From: Bugula neritina
Taxonomy: Eukaryota > Animalia > Bryozoa
Direction: 5' to 3'
NCBI GenBank assembly: GCA_964035545.1
Contig: CAXIUT010000183.1
Location: 1,550,001-1,614,000, forward strand
DNA length: 64,000 nt
This document shows positions 32,501 through 49,140 of this stretch, in pieces. Made by a program: the position numbers and the translations under genes. Within the stretch, counting starts at the first letter, position 1; the number at the start of each line of letters is the position of its first letter. The notes below the pieces were generated by a model. The model was not told the origin of the DNA. It did no database searches and saw only the letters and a list, made by a program, of their open reading frames with translations.

Positions 32501-33103
32501 ACACTGCAACATCCTACAATATGCTGAAATACACAGTAACATATTGAAATACACTGCAACACATTGAAATATACTGTGACATACCTAAATATACGGTAAG
32601 ATACTGAAATATACTGTAACACATTGAAAAATACTGCAACATACTGAAATATACTGTAACACACCGAAATATACTGCAACATACTGAAATACACAGTAAC
32701 ATACTGAAATACACTGCTACATACTGAAATATACTGCAACATACTGCAACATACTGAAATACACAGTAACATACTGAAATACACTGCAACATACTACAAC
32801 ATATTGAAATACACTGCAACACATTGAAATGTACTGCAACATACCGAAATATACGGTAATATACTGAAATATACTGTACCACATTGAAAAATACTGCAAC
32901 ATACTGAAATACACTGCAACACACTGAAACACACCGCAAAAAACTACAACATACTGAAATACACTGTAACATATTAAAACATACTGCAACATACTGAAAT
33001 ACACTGCAACACACTGAAATATACCGCAAAATACTACAACATACTGGAATACACTGTAACATATTGAAATACACTGCAACACATTGAAATATACTGCAAC
33101 ATA
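20538..33103. repeat. Tandem ~6.4-kb higher-order duplication: 20538-26689 repeated at 26892-33103 (offset 6354, then 6414 after a 60-bp deletion near 22640)
   Basis: ORF pairs 20719/27073 and 22033/28387 differ by 6354. Pairs 22668/29082, 23531/29945, 24808/31222 and 26032/32446 differ by 6414. Shared variants include ataccgctaaat and gcaataaacaga. Confidence 0.92.
26120..27660. repeat. 770-bp-offset tandem duplication; the first copy is 210 bp shorter than the standard block
   Basis: ORFs 26303/27073 and 26100/26870 differ by 770. The usual 255-aa and 292-aa ORFs are 185 and 222 aa here (70 codons = 210 bp shorter). Confidence 0.85.
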
Positions 33104-36100
33104 CCGAAATATATGGTAAACTAATGAAATATACTGTAACACATTGAGAAATACCGCAACATACTGAAAGATACTGCGACACATTGCAATATACTGTAAC
33201 ATACTGAAATATGATGTAGCACACTGAAATACACTGCAACATCCTACAACATACTGAAATACACTGTAACATATTGAAATACTTTGCAACACATTGAAAT
33301 ATACTGCAACATAACAAAATATATGGTAAACTACTGAAATAGACTTTAACACATTGAAAAAGACTGCAACATACTGAAATATACTGCGACACCTAGCAAT
33401 ATACTGTAACATACTGAAATATGCTCTAGCACACTGAAATACAATGCAACTCACTGAAATATACTGCAACATACTGAAATACACTGCAACATCCTACAAC
33501 ATGCTGAAATACACTGTAACATATTGAAATACACTGCAACACTTTGAAACATACTGCAACATACCGAAATATATGGTAAACTACTGCAACATACTACAAC
33601 ATATTGAAATACACTGCAACACATTGAAATATACTGCAACATACCTAAATATACGGTAATATACTGAAATTCACTGTAACGCATTGCAAAATACTGCAAC
33701 ATACTGAAATTCACGGTGACACACTGAAATACGCTGCAAAATACTACAACATACTGAAATAAACTGTAACATATTGAAATACACTACAACACATTGAAAA
33801 ATACTGCAACATACTGAAATATACTGTAACACACTGAAATATACTGCAACATACTGAAATACACTGTAACATACTGAAATATACTGCAACATACTGAAAT
33901 ACACTGCTACATACGGAAATATTCTGCAACATACTGCAACATACTGCAATACACTGTAACATACTGAAATACACTGCAACATACTACAACATATTGAAAT
34001 ACACTGCAACACATTGAAATACACTGCAACTTACCGAATATATGGTAAACTACTGAAATATACTGTAACGCATTGAAAAATACTGCAACATACTGAAATA
34101 TATTGCGACACATTGCAATATACTGTAACATACTGAAAAATGCTGTAGCACACTGAAATATACTGCAATTCACTGAAATATACTGCAACATACTGAAATA
34201 CACCGCAACATCCTAAAACATACTGAAATACACTGTAACATATTGAAATACACTGCAACACATTGAAATATACTGCAACATAACGAAACATATGGTAAAC
34301 TATTGAAATAAATTTTAACACATTGAAAAATACTGCAACATACTGAAATATATTATAACACATTGAAAAATACTGCAACATACTGAAGTATACTGTAACA
34401 CACTGAAGTACACTGCAACTCACTGAAATATACTGCAACATACTGAAATACACCGCAACATCCTACAACATACTGAAATACACTGTAACATATTGAAATA
34501 CACTGCAACACATTGAAATATACTGCAACATAACGAAACATATGGTAAACTATTGAAATAAATTTTAACACATTGAAAAATACTGCAACATACTGAAATA
34601 TATTATAACACATTGAAAAATACTGCAACATACTGAAGTATACTGTAACACACTGAAGTACACTGCAACTCACTGAAATATACTGCAATATACAGAAATA
34701 CACTGCAACATCCTACAAAATGCTGAAATACACTGTAACATATTGAAATACACTGCAACACATTGAAATATACTGCAACATACCCAAATATATGGTAAAC
34801 TACTGAAATATACTGTAACACATTGACAAATACTGCAACATACTGAAATATACTGCAACATACCTAAATATACGGTAATATACTGAAATATACTGTAACA
34901 CACCGAAATATACTGCAACATACTGAAATACACTGTAACATACTGAAATATACTGCAACATACTGAATTACACTGCTACATACTGAAATATACTGCAACA
35001 TACTGCAACATACTGAAATACACTGTAACATACTGAAATAAACTGCAACATACTACAACATATTGAAATACACTGCAACACATTGAAGTATACTGCAACA
35101 TACCTAAATATACGGTAATATACTGAAATATACTGTAACACATTGAAAAAACTGCAACATACTGAAATACACTGTAACATACTGAAATATACTGCAACAT
35201 ACTGAATTACACTGCTACATACTGAAATATACTGCAACATACTGCAACATACTGAAATACACTGTAACATACTGAAATAAACTGCAACATACTACAACAT
35301 ATTGAAATACACTGCAACACATTGAAGTATACTGCAACATACCTAAATATACTGCAACATACTGAAATACACTGTAACATACTGAGATACACTGTCGCAT
35401 ACTGCAACATATTGAACTACACTGCAACACATTGAAATATATTGCAACTTATCCAATATATGGAAAACTACTGAAATATACTGTAACGCATTGAAAAAGA
35501 CTGCAACATACTGAAATATATTGCGACACATTGCAATATACTGTAAGTTACTGAAAAATGCTGTAGCACACTGAAATATACTGCAATTCGCTGAAATACA
35601 CTGCAACATTCTGAAATACACCGTAACATCCTACAACATACTAAAATAGACTGTAACATTTCGAAATACACTGCAACACATTCAATTATACTGCAACATA
35701 ACGAAGTATATGGTAAACTACTGAAATGTATTTTAACAAATTGAAAAATACTGCAACATACTGAAATATACTGTAGCACACTAAAGTATACTGCAACATA
35801 CTGAAATACACTGTAACATACTGAAATATACTGCAACATACTGAAATACACTGCTACATACTGAAATATACTGCAACGTACTGCAACATACTGCAACATA
35901 CTGAAATACACTGTAACATACTGAAATACACTGCAACATATTACCACATATTGAAATACACAGTAACATATTGAAATACACTGCAACACATTGAAATATA
36001 CTGTGACATACCTAAATATACGGTAAGATACTGAAATATACTGTAACACATTGAAAAATACTGCAACATACTGAAATATACTGTAACACACCGAAATATA

Positions 36101-39100
36101 CTGCAACATACTGAAATACACAGTAACATACTGAAATACACTGCTACATACTGAAATATACTGCAACATACTGCAACATACTGAAATACACAGTAACATA
36201 CTGAAATACACTGCAACATACTACAACATATTGAAATACACTGCAACACATTGAAATGTACTGCAACATACCGAAATATACGGTAATATACTGAAATATA
36301 CTGTACCACATTGAAAAATACTGCAACATACTGAAATACACTGCAACACACTGAAACACACCGCAAAAAACTACAACATACTGAAATACACTGTAACATA
36401 TTAAAACATACTGCAACATACTGAAATACACTGCAACACACTGAAATATACCGCTAAATACTACAACATACTGAAATACACTGTAACATATTGAAATACA
36501 CTGCAACACATTGAAATATACTGCAACATACCGAAATATATGGTAAACTAATGAAATATACTGTAACACATTGAGAAATACCGCAACATACTGAAAGATA
36601 CTGCGACACATTGCAATATACTGTAACATACTGAAATATGATGTAGCACACTGAAATACACTGCAACATCCTACAACATACTGAAATACACTGTAACATA
36701 TTGAAATACTTTGCAACACATTGAAATATACTGCAACATAACAAAATATATGGTAAACTACTGAAATAGACTTTAACACATTGAAAAAGACTGCAACATA
36801 CTGAAATATACTGCGACACCTAGCAATATACTGTAACATACTGAAATATGCTCTAGCACACTGAAATACAATGCAACTCACTGAAATATACTGCAACATA
36901 CTGAAATACACTGCAACATCCTACAACATGCTGAAATACACTGTAACATATTGAAATACACTGCAACACTTTGAAACATACTGCAACATACCGAAATATA
37001 TGGTAAACTACTGCAACATACTACAACATATTGAAATACACTGCAACACATTGAAATATACTGCAACATACCTAAATATACGGTAATATACTGAAATTCA
37101 CTGTAACGCATTGCAAAATACTGCAACATACTGAAATTCACGGTGACACACTGAAATACGCTGCAAAATACTACAACATACTGAAATAAACTGTAACATA
37201 TTGAAATACACTACAACACATTGAAAAATACTGCAACATACTGAAATATACTGTAACACACTGAAATATACTGCAACATACTGAAATACACTGTAACATA
37301 CTGAAATATACTGCAACATACTGAAATACACTGCTACATACGGAAATATTCTGCAACATACTGCAACATACTGCAATACACTGTAACATACTGAAATACA
37401 CTGCAACATACTACAACATATTGAAATACACTGCAACACATTGAAATACACTGCAACTTACCGAATATATGGTAAACTACTGAAATATACTGTAACGCAT
37501 TGAAAAATACTGCAACATACTGAAATATATTGCGACACATTGCAATATACTATAACATACTGAAAAATGCTGTAGCACACTGAAATATACTGCAATTCAC
37601 TGAAATATACTGCAACATACTGAAATACACCGCAACATCCTACAACATACTGAAATACACTGTAACATATTGAAATACACTGCAACACATTGAAATATAC
37701 TGCAACATAACGAAACATATGGTAAACTATTGAAATAAATTTTAACACATTGAAAAATACTGCAACATACTGAAATATATTATAACACATTGAAAAATAC
37801 TGCAACATACTGAAGTATACTGTAACACACTGAAGTACACTGCAACTCACTGAAATATACTGCAATAAACAGAAATACACTGCAACATCCTACAAAATGC
37901 TGAAATACACTGTAACATATTGAAATACACTGCAACACATTGAAATATACTGCAACATACCCAAATATATGGTAAACTACTGAAATATACTGTAACACAT
38001 TGACAAATACTGCAACATACTGAAATATACTGCAACATACCTAAATATACGGTAATATACTGAAATATACTGTAACACACCGAAATATACTGCAACATAC
38101 TGAAATACACTGTAACATACTGAAATATACTGCAACATACTGAATTACACTGCTACATACTGAAATATACTGCAACATACTGCAACATACTGAAATACAC
38201 TGTAACATACTGAAATAAACTGCAACATACTACAACATATTGAAATACACTGCAACACATTGAAGTATACTGCAACATACCTAAATATACGGTAATATAC
38301 TGAAATATACTGTAACACATTGAAAAAACTGCAACATACTGAAATACACTGCAACACACTGAAATACACCGCAAAAAACTACAATATACTGAAATACACT
38401 GTAACATATTGAAATCCACTGCAACACATTGAAATATACTGCAACATACCGAAATATATGGTAAACTAATGAAATATACTGTAACACATTGAAAAATACC
38501 GCAACATACTGAAATATACTGCGACAGATTGCAATATACTGTAACATATTGAAATATGCTGTAGCACACTGAAATACACTGCAACATCCTACAACATACT
38601 GAAATACACTGTAACATATTGAAATACACTGCAAGAAATTGAAATAGACTGCAAAATAACAAAATATATGGTAAACTACTGAAATATACTTTACCACATT
38701 GAAAAATACTGCAACATACAGAAATATACTGTAACACACTGAAATATACTGCAACATACTGAAATACACTGCTAAATACTGAAATATACTGCAACATACT
38801 GCAACAAACTGCAACATACTGAAATACACTGTAACATATTGAAGTACACTGCAACACATTGAAATATACTGCAACATACCAAAATATATGGTAAACAACT
38901 GAAATATACTTTAACACATTGAAAAATACTGCAACATACTGAAATATACTGCGACACTTTGCAATATACTGTAACATACCGAAATATGCTCTAGCGCACT
39001 GAAATACACTGCAACTCACTGAAATATATTGCAACATACTGAAATACACTGTGACATCCTGAAATATACTGCAACATACTGAAATACACTGCTACATACT

Positions 39101-42100
39101 GAAATATACTGCAACATACTGCAACATACTGAAATACACTGCAACATACTACAACATACTGAAATACACTGCAACACATTGAAATATACTGCAACATACC
39201 TAAATATACGGTAATCTACCGAAATATACTGTAACGCATTGCAAAATACTGCAACATACTGAAATACACTGCGACACACTGAAGTACGCTGCAAAATACT
39301 ACAACATACTGAAATAAACTGTAACATATTGAAATACACTGCAATACATTGATAAATAATGCAATATACTGAAATATACTGTAACACACTGAAATATACT
39401 GCAACATACTGAAATACACTGTAACATACTGAAATATACTGCAACGTACTGAAATACACTGCTACATACTGAAATATACTGTAACATACTGCAACATACT
39501 GAAATACACTGTAACATACTGAGATACACTGCAACATACTACAACATATTGAAATACAATGCAACACATTGAAATATACTGCAGCATAACGAAATATATG
39601 GTAAACTAATGAAATATATTTTAACACATTGAGAAATACTGCAACATACTGAAATATACTGCGGCACCTAGCAATATACTGTAACATACTGAAATATGCT
39701 CTAGCACACTGAAATACAATGCAACTCACTGAAATATACTGCAACATACTGAAATACACTGCAACATCCTACAACATGCTGAAATACACTGTAACATATT
39801 GAAATACACTGCAACACTTTGAAACATACTGCAACATACCGAAATATATGGTAAACTACTGCAACATACTACAACATATTGAAATACACTGCAACACATT
39901 GAAATATACTGCAACATACCTAAATATACGGTAATATACTGAAATTCACTGTAACGCATTGCAAAATACTGCAACATACTGAAATTCACTGTGACACACT
40001 GAAATACGCTGCAAAATACTACAACATACTGAAATAAACTGTAACATATTGAAATACACTACAACACATTGAAAAATACTGCAACATACTGAAATACACT
40101 GTAACATATTGAAGTACACTGCAACACATTGAAATAATAATTATACTGCAACATACCAAAATATATGGTAAACAACTGAAATATACTTTAACACATTGAA
40201 AAATACTGCAACATACTGAAATATACTGCGACACTTTGCAATATACTGTAACATACCGAAATATGCTCTAGCACACTGAAATACACTGCAACTCACTGAA
40301 ATATACTGCAACATACTGAAATACACTGTGACATCCTGAAATATACTGCAACATTCTGAAATAGACTGCTACATACTGAAATATACTGCAACATACTGCA
40401 ACATACTGAAATACACTGCAACATACTACAACATACTGAAATACGCTGCAACACATTGAAATATACTGAAACATACCTAAATATACGGTAATATACCGAA
40501 ATATACTGTAACGCATTGCAAAATACTGCAACATACTGAAATACACTGCGACACACTGAAATACGCTGCAAAATACTACAACATACTGAAATAAACTGTA
40601 ACATATTGAAATACACTGCAATACATTGAAAAATAATGCAATATACTGAAATATACTGTAACACACTGAAATATACTGCAACATACTGAAATACACTGTA
40701 ACATACTGAAATATACTGCAACGTACTGAAATACACTGCTACATACTGAAATATACTGTAGCATACTGCAACATACTGAAATACACTGTAACATACTGAG
40801 ATACACTGTCGCATACTGCAACATATTGAACTACACTGCAACACATTGAAATATATTGCAACTTATCCAATATATGGAAAACTACTGAAATATACTGTAA
40901 CGCATTGAAAAAGACTGCAACATACTGAAATGTATTGCGACACATTGCAATATACTGTAATTTACTGAAAAATGCTGTAGCACACTGAAATATACTGCAA
41001 TTCGCTGAAATATACTGCAACATTCTGAAATACACCGTAACATCCTACAACATACTAAAATAGACTGTAACATTTCGAAATACACTGCAACACATTCAAT
41101 TATACTGCAACATAACGAAATATATGGTAAACTACTGAAATGTATTTTAACAAATTGAAAAATACTGCAACATACTGAAATATACTGTAACACACTGAAG
41201 TATACTGCAACATACTGAAATACACTGTAACATACTGAAATATACTGCAACATACTGAAATACACTGCTACATACTGAAATATACTGCAACGTACTGCAA
41301 CATACTGCAACATACTGAAATACACTGTAACATACTGAAATACACTGCAACATATTACCACATATTGAAATACACTGCAACACATTGAAATGTACTGCAA
41401 CATACCGAAATATATGGTAAACTACTAAAATATACTGTAACACATTGAAAAATACTGCAACATACTGAAATATACTGCGACACCTAGCAATATACTGTAA
41501 CATACTGAAATATGCTCTAGCACACTGAAATACAATGCAACTTACTGAAACATACTGCAACATACTGAAATACACTGCAACATCCTACAATATGCTGAAA
41601 TACACAGTAACATATTGAAATACACTGCAACACATTGAAATATACTGTGACATACCTAAATATACGGTAAGATACTGAAATATACTGTAACACATTGAAA
41701 AATACTGCAACATACTGAAATATACTGTAACACACCGAAATATACTGCAACATACTGAAATACACAGTAACATACTGAAATACACTGCTACATACTGAAA
41801 TATACTGCAACATACTGCAACATACTGAAATACACAGTAACATACTGAAATACACTGCAACATACTACAACATATTGAAATACACTGCAACACATTGAAA
41901 TGTACTGCAACATACCGAAATATACGGTAATATACTGAAATATACTGTACCACATTGAAAAATACTGCAACATACTGAAATACACTGCAACACACTGAAA
42001 CACACCGCAAAAAACTACAACATACTGAAATACACTGTAACATATTAAAACATACTGCAACATACTGAAATACACTGCAACACACTGAAATATACCGCAA

Positions 42101-45100
42101 AATACTACAACATACTGGAATACACTGTAACATATTGAAATACACTGCAACACATTGAAATATACTGCAACATACCGAAATATATGGTAAACTAATGAAA
42201 TATACTGTAACACATTGAGAAATACCGCAACATACTGAAAGATACTGCGACACATTGCAATATACTGTAACATACTGAAATATGATGTAGCACACTGAAA
42301 TACACTGCAACATCCTACAACATACTGAAATACACTGTAACATATTGAAATACTTTGCAACACATTGAAATATACTGCAACATAACAAAATATATGGTAA
42401 ACTACTGAAATAGACTTTAACACATTGAAAAAGACTGCAACATACTGAAATATACTGCGACACCTAGCAATATACTGTAACATACTGAAATATGCTCTAG
42501 CACACTGAAATACAATGCAACTCACTGAAATATACTGCAACATACTGAAATACACTGCAACATCCTACAACATGCTGAAATACACTGTAACATATTGAAA
42601 TACACTGCAACACTTTGAAACATACTGCAACATACCGAAATATATGGTAAACTACTGCAACATACTACAACATATTGAAATACACTGCAACACATTGAAA
42701 TATACTGCAACATACCTAAATATACGGTAATATACTGAAATTCACTGTAACGCATTGCAAAATACTGCAACATACTGAAATTCACGGTGACACACTGAAA
42801 TACGCTGCAAAATACTACAACATACTGAAATAAACTGTAACATATTGAAATACACTACAACACATTGAAAAATACTGCAACATACTGAAATATACTGTAA
42901 CACACTGAAATATACTGCAACATACTGAAATACACTGTAACATACTGAAATATACTGCAACATACTGAAATACACTGCTACATACGGAAATATTCTGCAA
43001 CATACTGCAACATACTGCAATACACTGTAACATACTGAAATACACTGCAACATACTACAACATATTGAAATACACTGCAACACATTGAAATACACTGCAA
43101 CTTACCGAATATATGGTAAACTACTGAAATATACTGTAACGCATTGAAAAATACTGCAACATACTGAAATATATTGCGACACATTGCAATATACTGTAAC
43201 ATACTGAAAAATGCTGTAGCACACTGAAATATACTGCAATTCACTGAAATATACTGCAACATACTGAAATACACCGCAACATCCTAAAACATACTGAAAT
43301 ACACTGTAACATATTGAAATACACTGCAACACATTGAAATATACTGCAACATAACGAAACATATGGTAAACTATTGAAATAAATTTTAACACATTGAAAA
43401 ATACTGCAACATACTGAAATATATTATAACACATTGAAAAATACTGCAACATACTGAAGTATACTGTAACACACTGAAGTACACTGCAACTCACTGAAAC
43501 ATACTGCAATATACAGAAATACACTGCAACATCCTACAAAATGCTGAAATACACTGTAACATATTGAAATACACTGCAACACATTGAAATATACTGCAAC
43601 ATACCCAAATATATGGTAAACTACTGAAATATACTGTAACACATTGACAAATACTGCAACATACTGAAATATACTGCAACATACCTAAATATACGGTAAT
43701 ATACTGAAATATACTGTAACACACCGAAATATACTGCAACATACTGAAATACACTGTAACATACTAAAATATACTGCAACATACTGAATTACACTGCTAC
43801 ATACTGAAATATACTGCAACATACTGCAACATACTGAAATACACTGTAACATACTGAAATAAACTGCAACATACTACAACATATTGAAATACACTGCAAC
43901 ACATTGAAGTATACTGCAACATACCTAAATATACGGTAATATACTGAAATATACTGTAACACATTGAAAAAACTGCAACATACTGAAATACACTGTAACA
44001 TACTGAAATATACTGCAACATACTGAATTACACTGCTACATACTGAAATATACTGCAACATACTGCAACATACTGAAATACACTGTAACATACTGAAATA
44101 AACTGCAACATACTACAACATATTGAAATACACTGCAACACATTGAAGTATACTGCAACATACCTAAATATACTGCAACATACTGAAATACACTGTAACA
44201 TACTGAGATACACTGTCGCATACTGCAACATATTGAACTACACTGCAACACATTGAAATATATTGCAACTTATCCAATATATGGTAAACTACTGAAATAT
44301 ACTGTAACGCATTGAAAAAGACTGCAACATACTGAAATATATTGCGACACATTGCAATATACTGTAATTTACTGAAAAATGCTGTAGCACACTGAAATAT
44401 ACTGCAATTCGCTGAAATATACTGCAACATTCTGAAATACACCGTAACATCCTACAACATACTAAAATAGACTGTAACATTTCGAAATACACTGCAACAC
44501 ATTCAATTATACTGCAACATAACGAAATATATGGTAAACTACTGAAATGTATTTTAACAAATTGAAAAATACTGCAACATACTGAAATATACTGTAACAC
44601 ACTGAAGTATACTGCAACATACTGAAATACACTGTAACATACTGAAATATACTGCAACATACTGAAATACACTGCTACATACTGAAATATACTGCAACGT
44701 ACTGCAACATACTGCAACATACTGAAATACACTGTAACATACTGAAATACACTGCAACATATTACCACATATTGAAATACACTGCAACACATTGAAATGT
44801 ACTGCAACATACCGAAATATATGGTAAACTACTAAAATATACTGTAACACATTGAAAAATACTGCAACATACTGAAATATACTGCGACACCTAGCAATAT
44901 ACTGTAACATACTGAAATATGCTCTAGCACACTGAAATACAATGCAACTTACTGAAACATACTGCAACATACTGAAATACACTGCAACATCCTACAATAT
45001 GCTGAAATACACAGTAACATATTGAAATACACTGCAACACATTGAAATATACTGTGACATACCTAAATATACGGTAAGATACTGAAATATACTGTAACAC

Positions 45101-48100
45101 ATTGAAAAATACTGCAACATACTGAAATATACTGTAACACACCGAAATATACTGCAACATACTGAAATACACAGTAACATACTGAAATACACTGCTACAA
45201 ACTGAAATATACTGCAACATACTGCAACATACTGAAATACACAGTAACATACTGAAATACACTGCAACATACTACAACATATTGAAATACACTGCAACAC
45301 ATTGAAATGTACTGCAACATACCGAAATATACGGTAATATACTGAAATATACTGTACCACATTGAAAAATACTTCGACATACTGAAATACACTGCAACAC
45401 ACTGAAACACACCGCAAAAAACTACAACATACTGAAATACACTGTAACATATTAAAACATACTGCAACATACTGAAATACACTGCAACACACTGAAATAT
45501 ACCGCAAAATACTACAACATACTGAAATACACTGTAACATATTGAAATACACTGCAACACATTGAAATATACTGCAACATACCGAAATATATGGTAAACT
45601 AATGAAATATACTGTAACACATTGAGAAATACCGCAACATACTGAAAGATACTGCGACACATTGCAATATACTGTAACATACTGAAATATGATGTAGCAC
45701 ACTGAAATACACTGCAACATCCTACAACATACTGAAATACACTGTAACATATTGAAATACTTTGCAACACATTGAAATATACTGCAACATAACAAAATAT
45801 ATGGTAAACTACTGAAATAGACTTTAACACATTGAAAAAGACTGCAACATACTGAAATATACTGCGACACCTAGCAATATACTGTAACATACTGAAATAT
45901 GCTCTAGCACACTGAAATACAATGCAACTCACTGAAATATACTGCAACATACTGAAATACACTGCAACATCCTACAACATGCTGAAATACACTGTAACAT
46001 ATTGAAATACACTGCAACACTTTGAAACATACTGCAACATACCGAAATATATGGTAAACTACTGCAACATACTACAACATATTGAAATACACTGCAACAC
46101 ATTGAAATATACTGCAACATACCTAAATATACGGTAATATACTGAAATTCACTGTAACGCATTGCAAAATACTGCAACATACTGAAATTCACGGTGACAC
46201 ACTGAAATACGCTGCAAAATACTACAACATACTGAAATAAACTGTAACATATTGAAATACACTACAACACATTGAAAAATACTGCAACATACTGAAATAT
46301 ACTGTAACACACTGAAATATACTGCAACATACTGAAATACACTGTAACATACTGAAATATACTGCAACATACTGAAATACACTGCTACATACGGAAATAT
46401 TCTGCAACATACTGCAACATACTGCAATACACTGTAACATACTGAAATACACTGCAACATACTACAACATATTGAAATACACTGCAACACATTGAAATAC
46501 ACTGCAACTTACCGAATATATGGTAAACTACTGAAATATACTGTAACGCATTGAAAAATACTGCAACATACTGAAATATATTGCGACACATTGCAATATA
46601 CTATAACATACTGAAAAATGCTGTAGCACACTGAAATATACTGCAATTCACTGAAATATACTGCAACATACTGAAATACACCGTAACATCCTACAACATA
46701 CTGAAATACACTGTAACATATTGAAATACACTGCAACACATTGAAATATACTGCAACATAACGAAACATATGGTAAACTATTGAAATAAATTTTAACACA
46801 TTGAAAAATACTGCAACATACTGAAATATATTATAACACATTGAAAAATACTGCAACATACTGAAGTATACTGTAACACACTGAAGTACACTGCAACTCA
46901 CTGAAATATACTGCAATATACAGAAATACACTGCAACATCCTACAAAATGCTGAAATACACTGTAACATATTGAAATACACTGCAACACATTGAAATATA
47001 CTGCAACATACCCAAATATATGGTAAACTACTGAAATATACTGTAACACATTGACAAATACTGCAACATACTGAAATATACTGCAACATACCTAAATATA
47101 CGGTAATATACTGAAATATACTGTAACACACCGAAATATACTGCAACATACTGAAATACACTGTAACATACTGAAATATACTGCAACATACTGAATTACA
47201 CTGCTACATACTGAAATATACTGCAACATACTGCAACATACTGAAATACACTGTAACATACTGAAATAAACTGCAACATACTACAACATATTGAAATACA
47301 CTGCAACACATTGAAGTATACTGCAACATACCTAAATATACGGTAATATACTGAAATATACTGTAACACATTGAAAAAACTGCAACATACTGAAATACAC
47401 TGCAACACACTGAAATACACCGCAAAAAACTACAATATACTGAAATACACTGTAACATATTGAAATCCACTGCAACACATTGAAATATACTGCAACATAC
47501 CGAAATATATGGTAAACTAATGAAATATACTGTAACACATTGAAAAATACCGCAACATACTGAAATATACTGCGACAGATTGCAATATACTGTAACATAT
47601 TGAAATATGCTGTAGCACACTGAAATACACTGCAACATCCTACAACATACTGAAATACACTGTAACATATTGAAATACACTGCAAGAAATTGAAATAGAC
47701 TGCAAAATAACAAAATATATGGTAAACTACTGAAATATACTTTACCACATTGAAAAATACTGCAACATACAGAAATATACTGTAACACACTGAAATATAC
47801 TGCAACATACTGAAATACACTGCTAAATACTGAAATATACTGCAACATACTGCAACAAACTGCAACATACTGAAATACACTGTAACATATTGAAGTACAC
47901 TGCAACACATTGAAATATACTGCAACATACCAAAATATATGGTAAACAACTGAAATATACTTTAACACATTGAAAAATACTGCAACATACTGAAATATAC
48001 TGCGACACTTTGCAATATACTGTAACATACCGAAATATGCTCTAGCGCACTGAAATACACTGCAACTCACTGAAATATATTGCAACATACTGAAATACAC

Positions 48101-49140
48101 TGTGACATCCTGAAATATACTGCAACATACTGAAATACACTGCTACATACTGAATTATACTGCAACATACTGCAACATACTGAAATACACTGCAACATAC
48201 TACAACATACTGAAATACACTGCAACACATTGAAATATACTGCAACATACCTAAATATACGGTAATCTACCGAAATATACTGTAACGCATTGCAAAATAC
48301 TGCAACATACTGAAATACACTGCGACACACTGAAGTACGCTGCAAAATACTACAACATACTGAAATAAACTGTAACATATTGAAATACACTGCAATACAT
48401 TGATAAATAATGCAATATACTGAAATATACTGTAACACACTGAAATATACTGCAACATACTGAAATACACTGTAACATACTGAAATATACTGCAACGTAC
48501 TGAAATACACTGCTACATACTGAAATATACTGTAACATACTGCAACATACTGAAATACACTGTAACATCTTGAGATACACTGCAACATACTACAACATAT
48601 TGAAATACACTGCAACACATTGAAATATACTGCAGCATAACGAAATATATGGTAAACTAATGAAATATATTTTAACACATTGAGAAATACTGCAACATAC
48701 TGAAATATACTGCGGCACCTAGCAATATACTGTAACATACTGAAATATGCTCTAGCACACTGAAATACAATGCAACTCACTGAAATATACTGCAACATAC
48801 TGAAATACACTGCAACATCCTACAACATGCTGAAATACACTGTAACATATTGAAATACACTGCAACACTTTGAAACATACTGCAACATACCGAAATATAT
48901 GGTAAACTACTGCAACATACTACAACATATTGAAATACACTGCAACACATTGAAATATACTGCAACATACCTAAATATACGGTAATATACTGAAATTCAC
49001 TGTAACGCATTGCAAAATACTGCAACATACTGAAATTCACTGTGACACACTGAAATACGCTGCAAAATACTACAACATACTGAAATAAACTGTAACATAT
49101 TGAAATACACTACAACACATTGAAAAATACTGCAACATAC
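26892..49140. repeat. ~9.06-kb periodic higher-order repeat: 26892-34437 matches 35963-43508 (offset 9071); a further partial copy lies at ~45010-49140 (offset 9051)
   Basis: ORF pairs 27073/36144, 29082/38153, 31222/40293, 32717/41788 and 33907/42978 differ by 9071. Pairs 36144/45195, 38153/47204 and 39726/48777 differ by 9051. Private variants are shared: atactggaat (33041/42112) and tcctaaaac (34211/43282). Confidence 0.92.
34171..34670. repeat. 250-bp tandem duplication
   Basis: 34171-34420 is repeated at 34421-34670. ORF ends 34453/34703 differ by 250. Confidence 0.9.
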
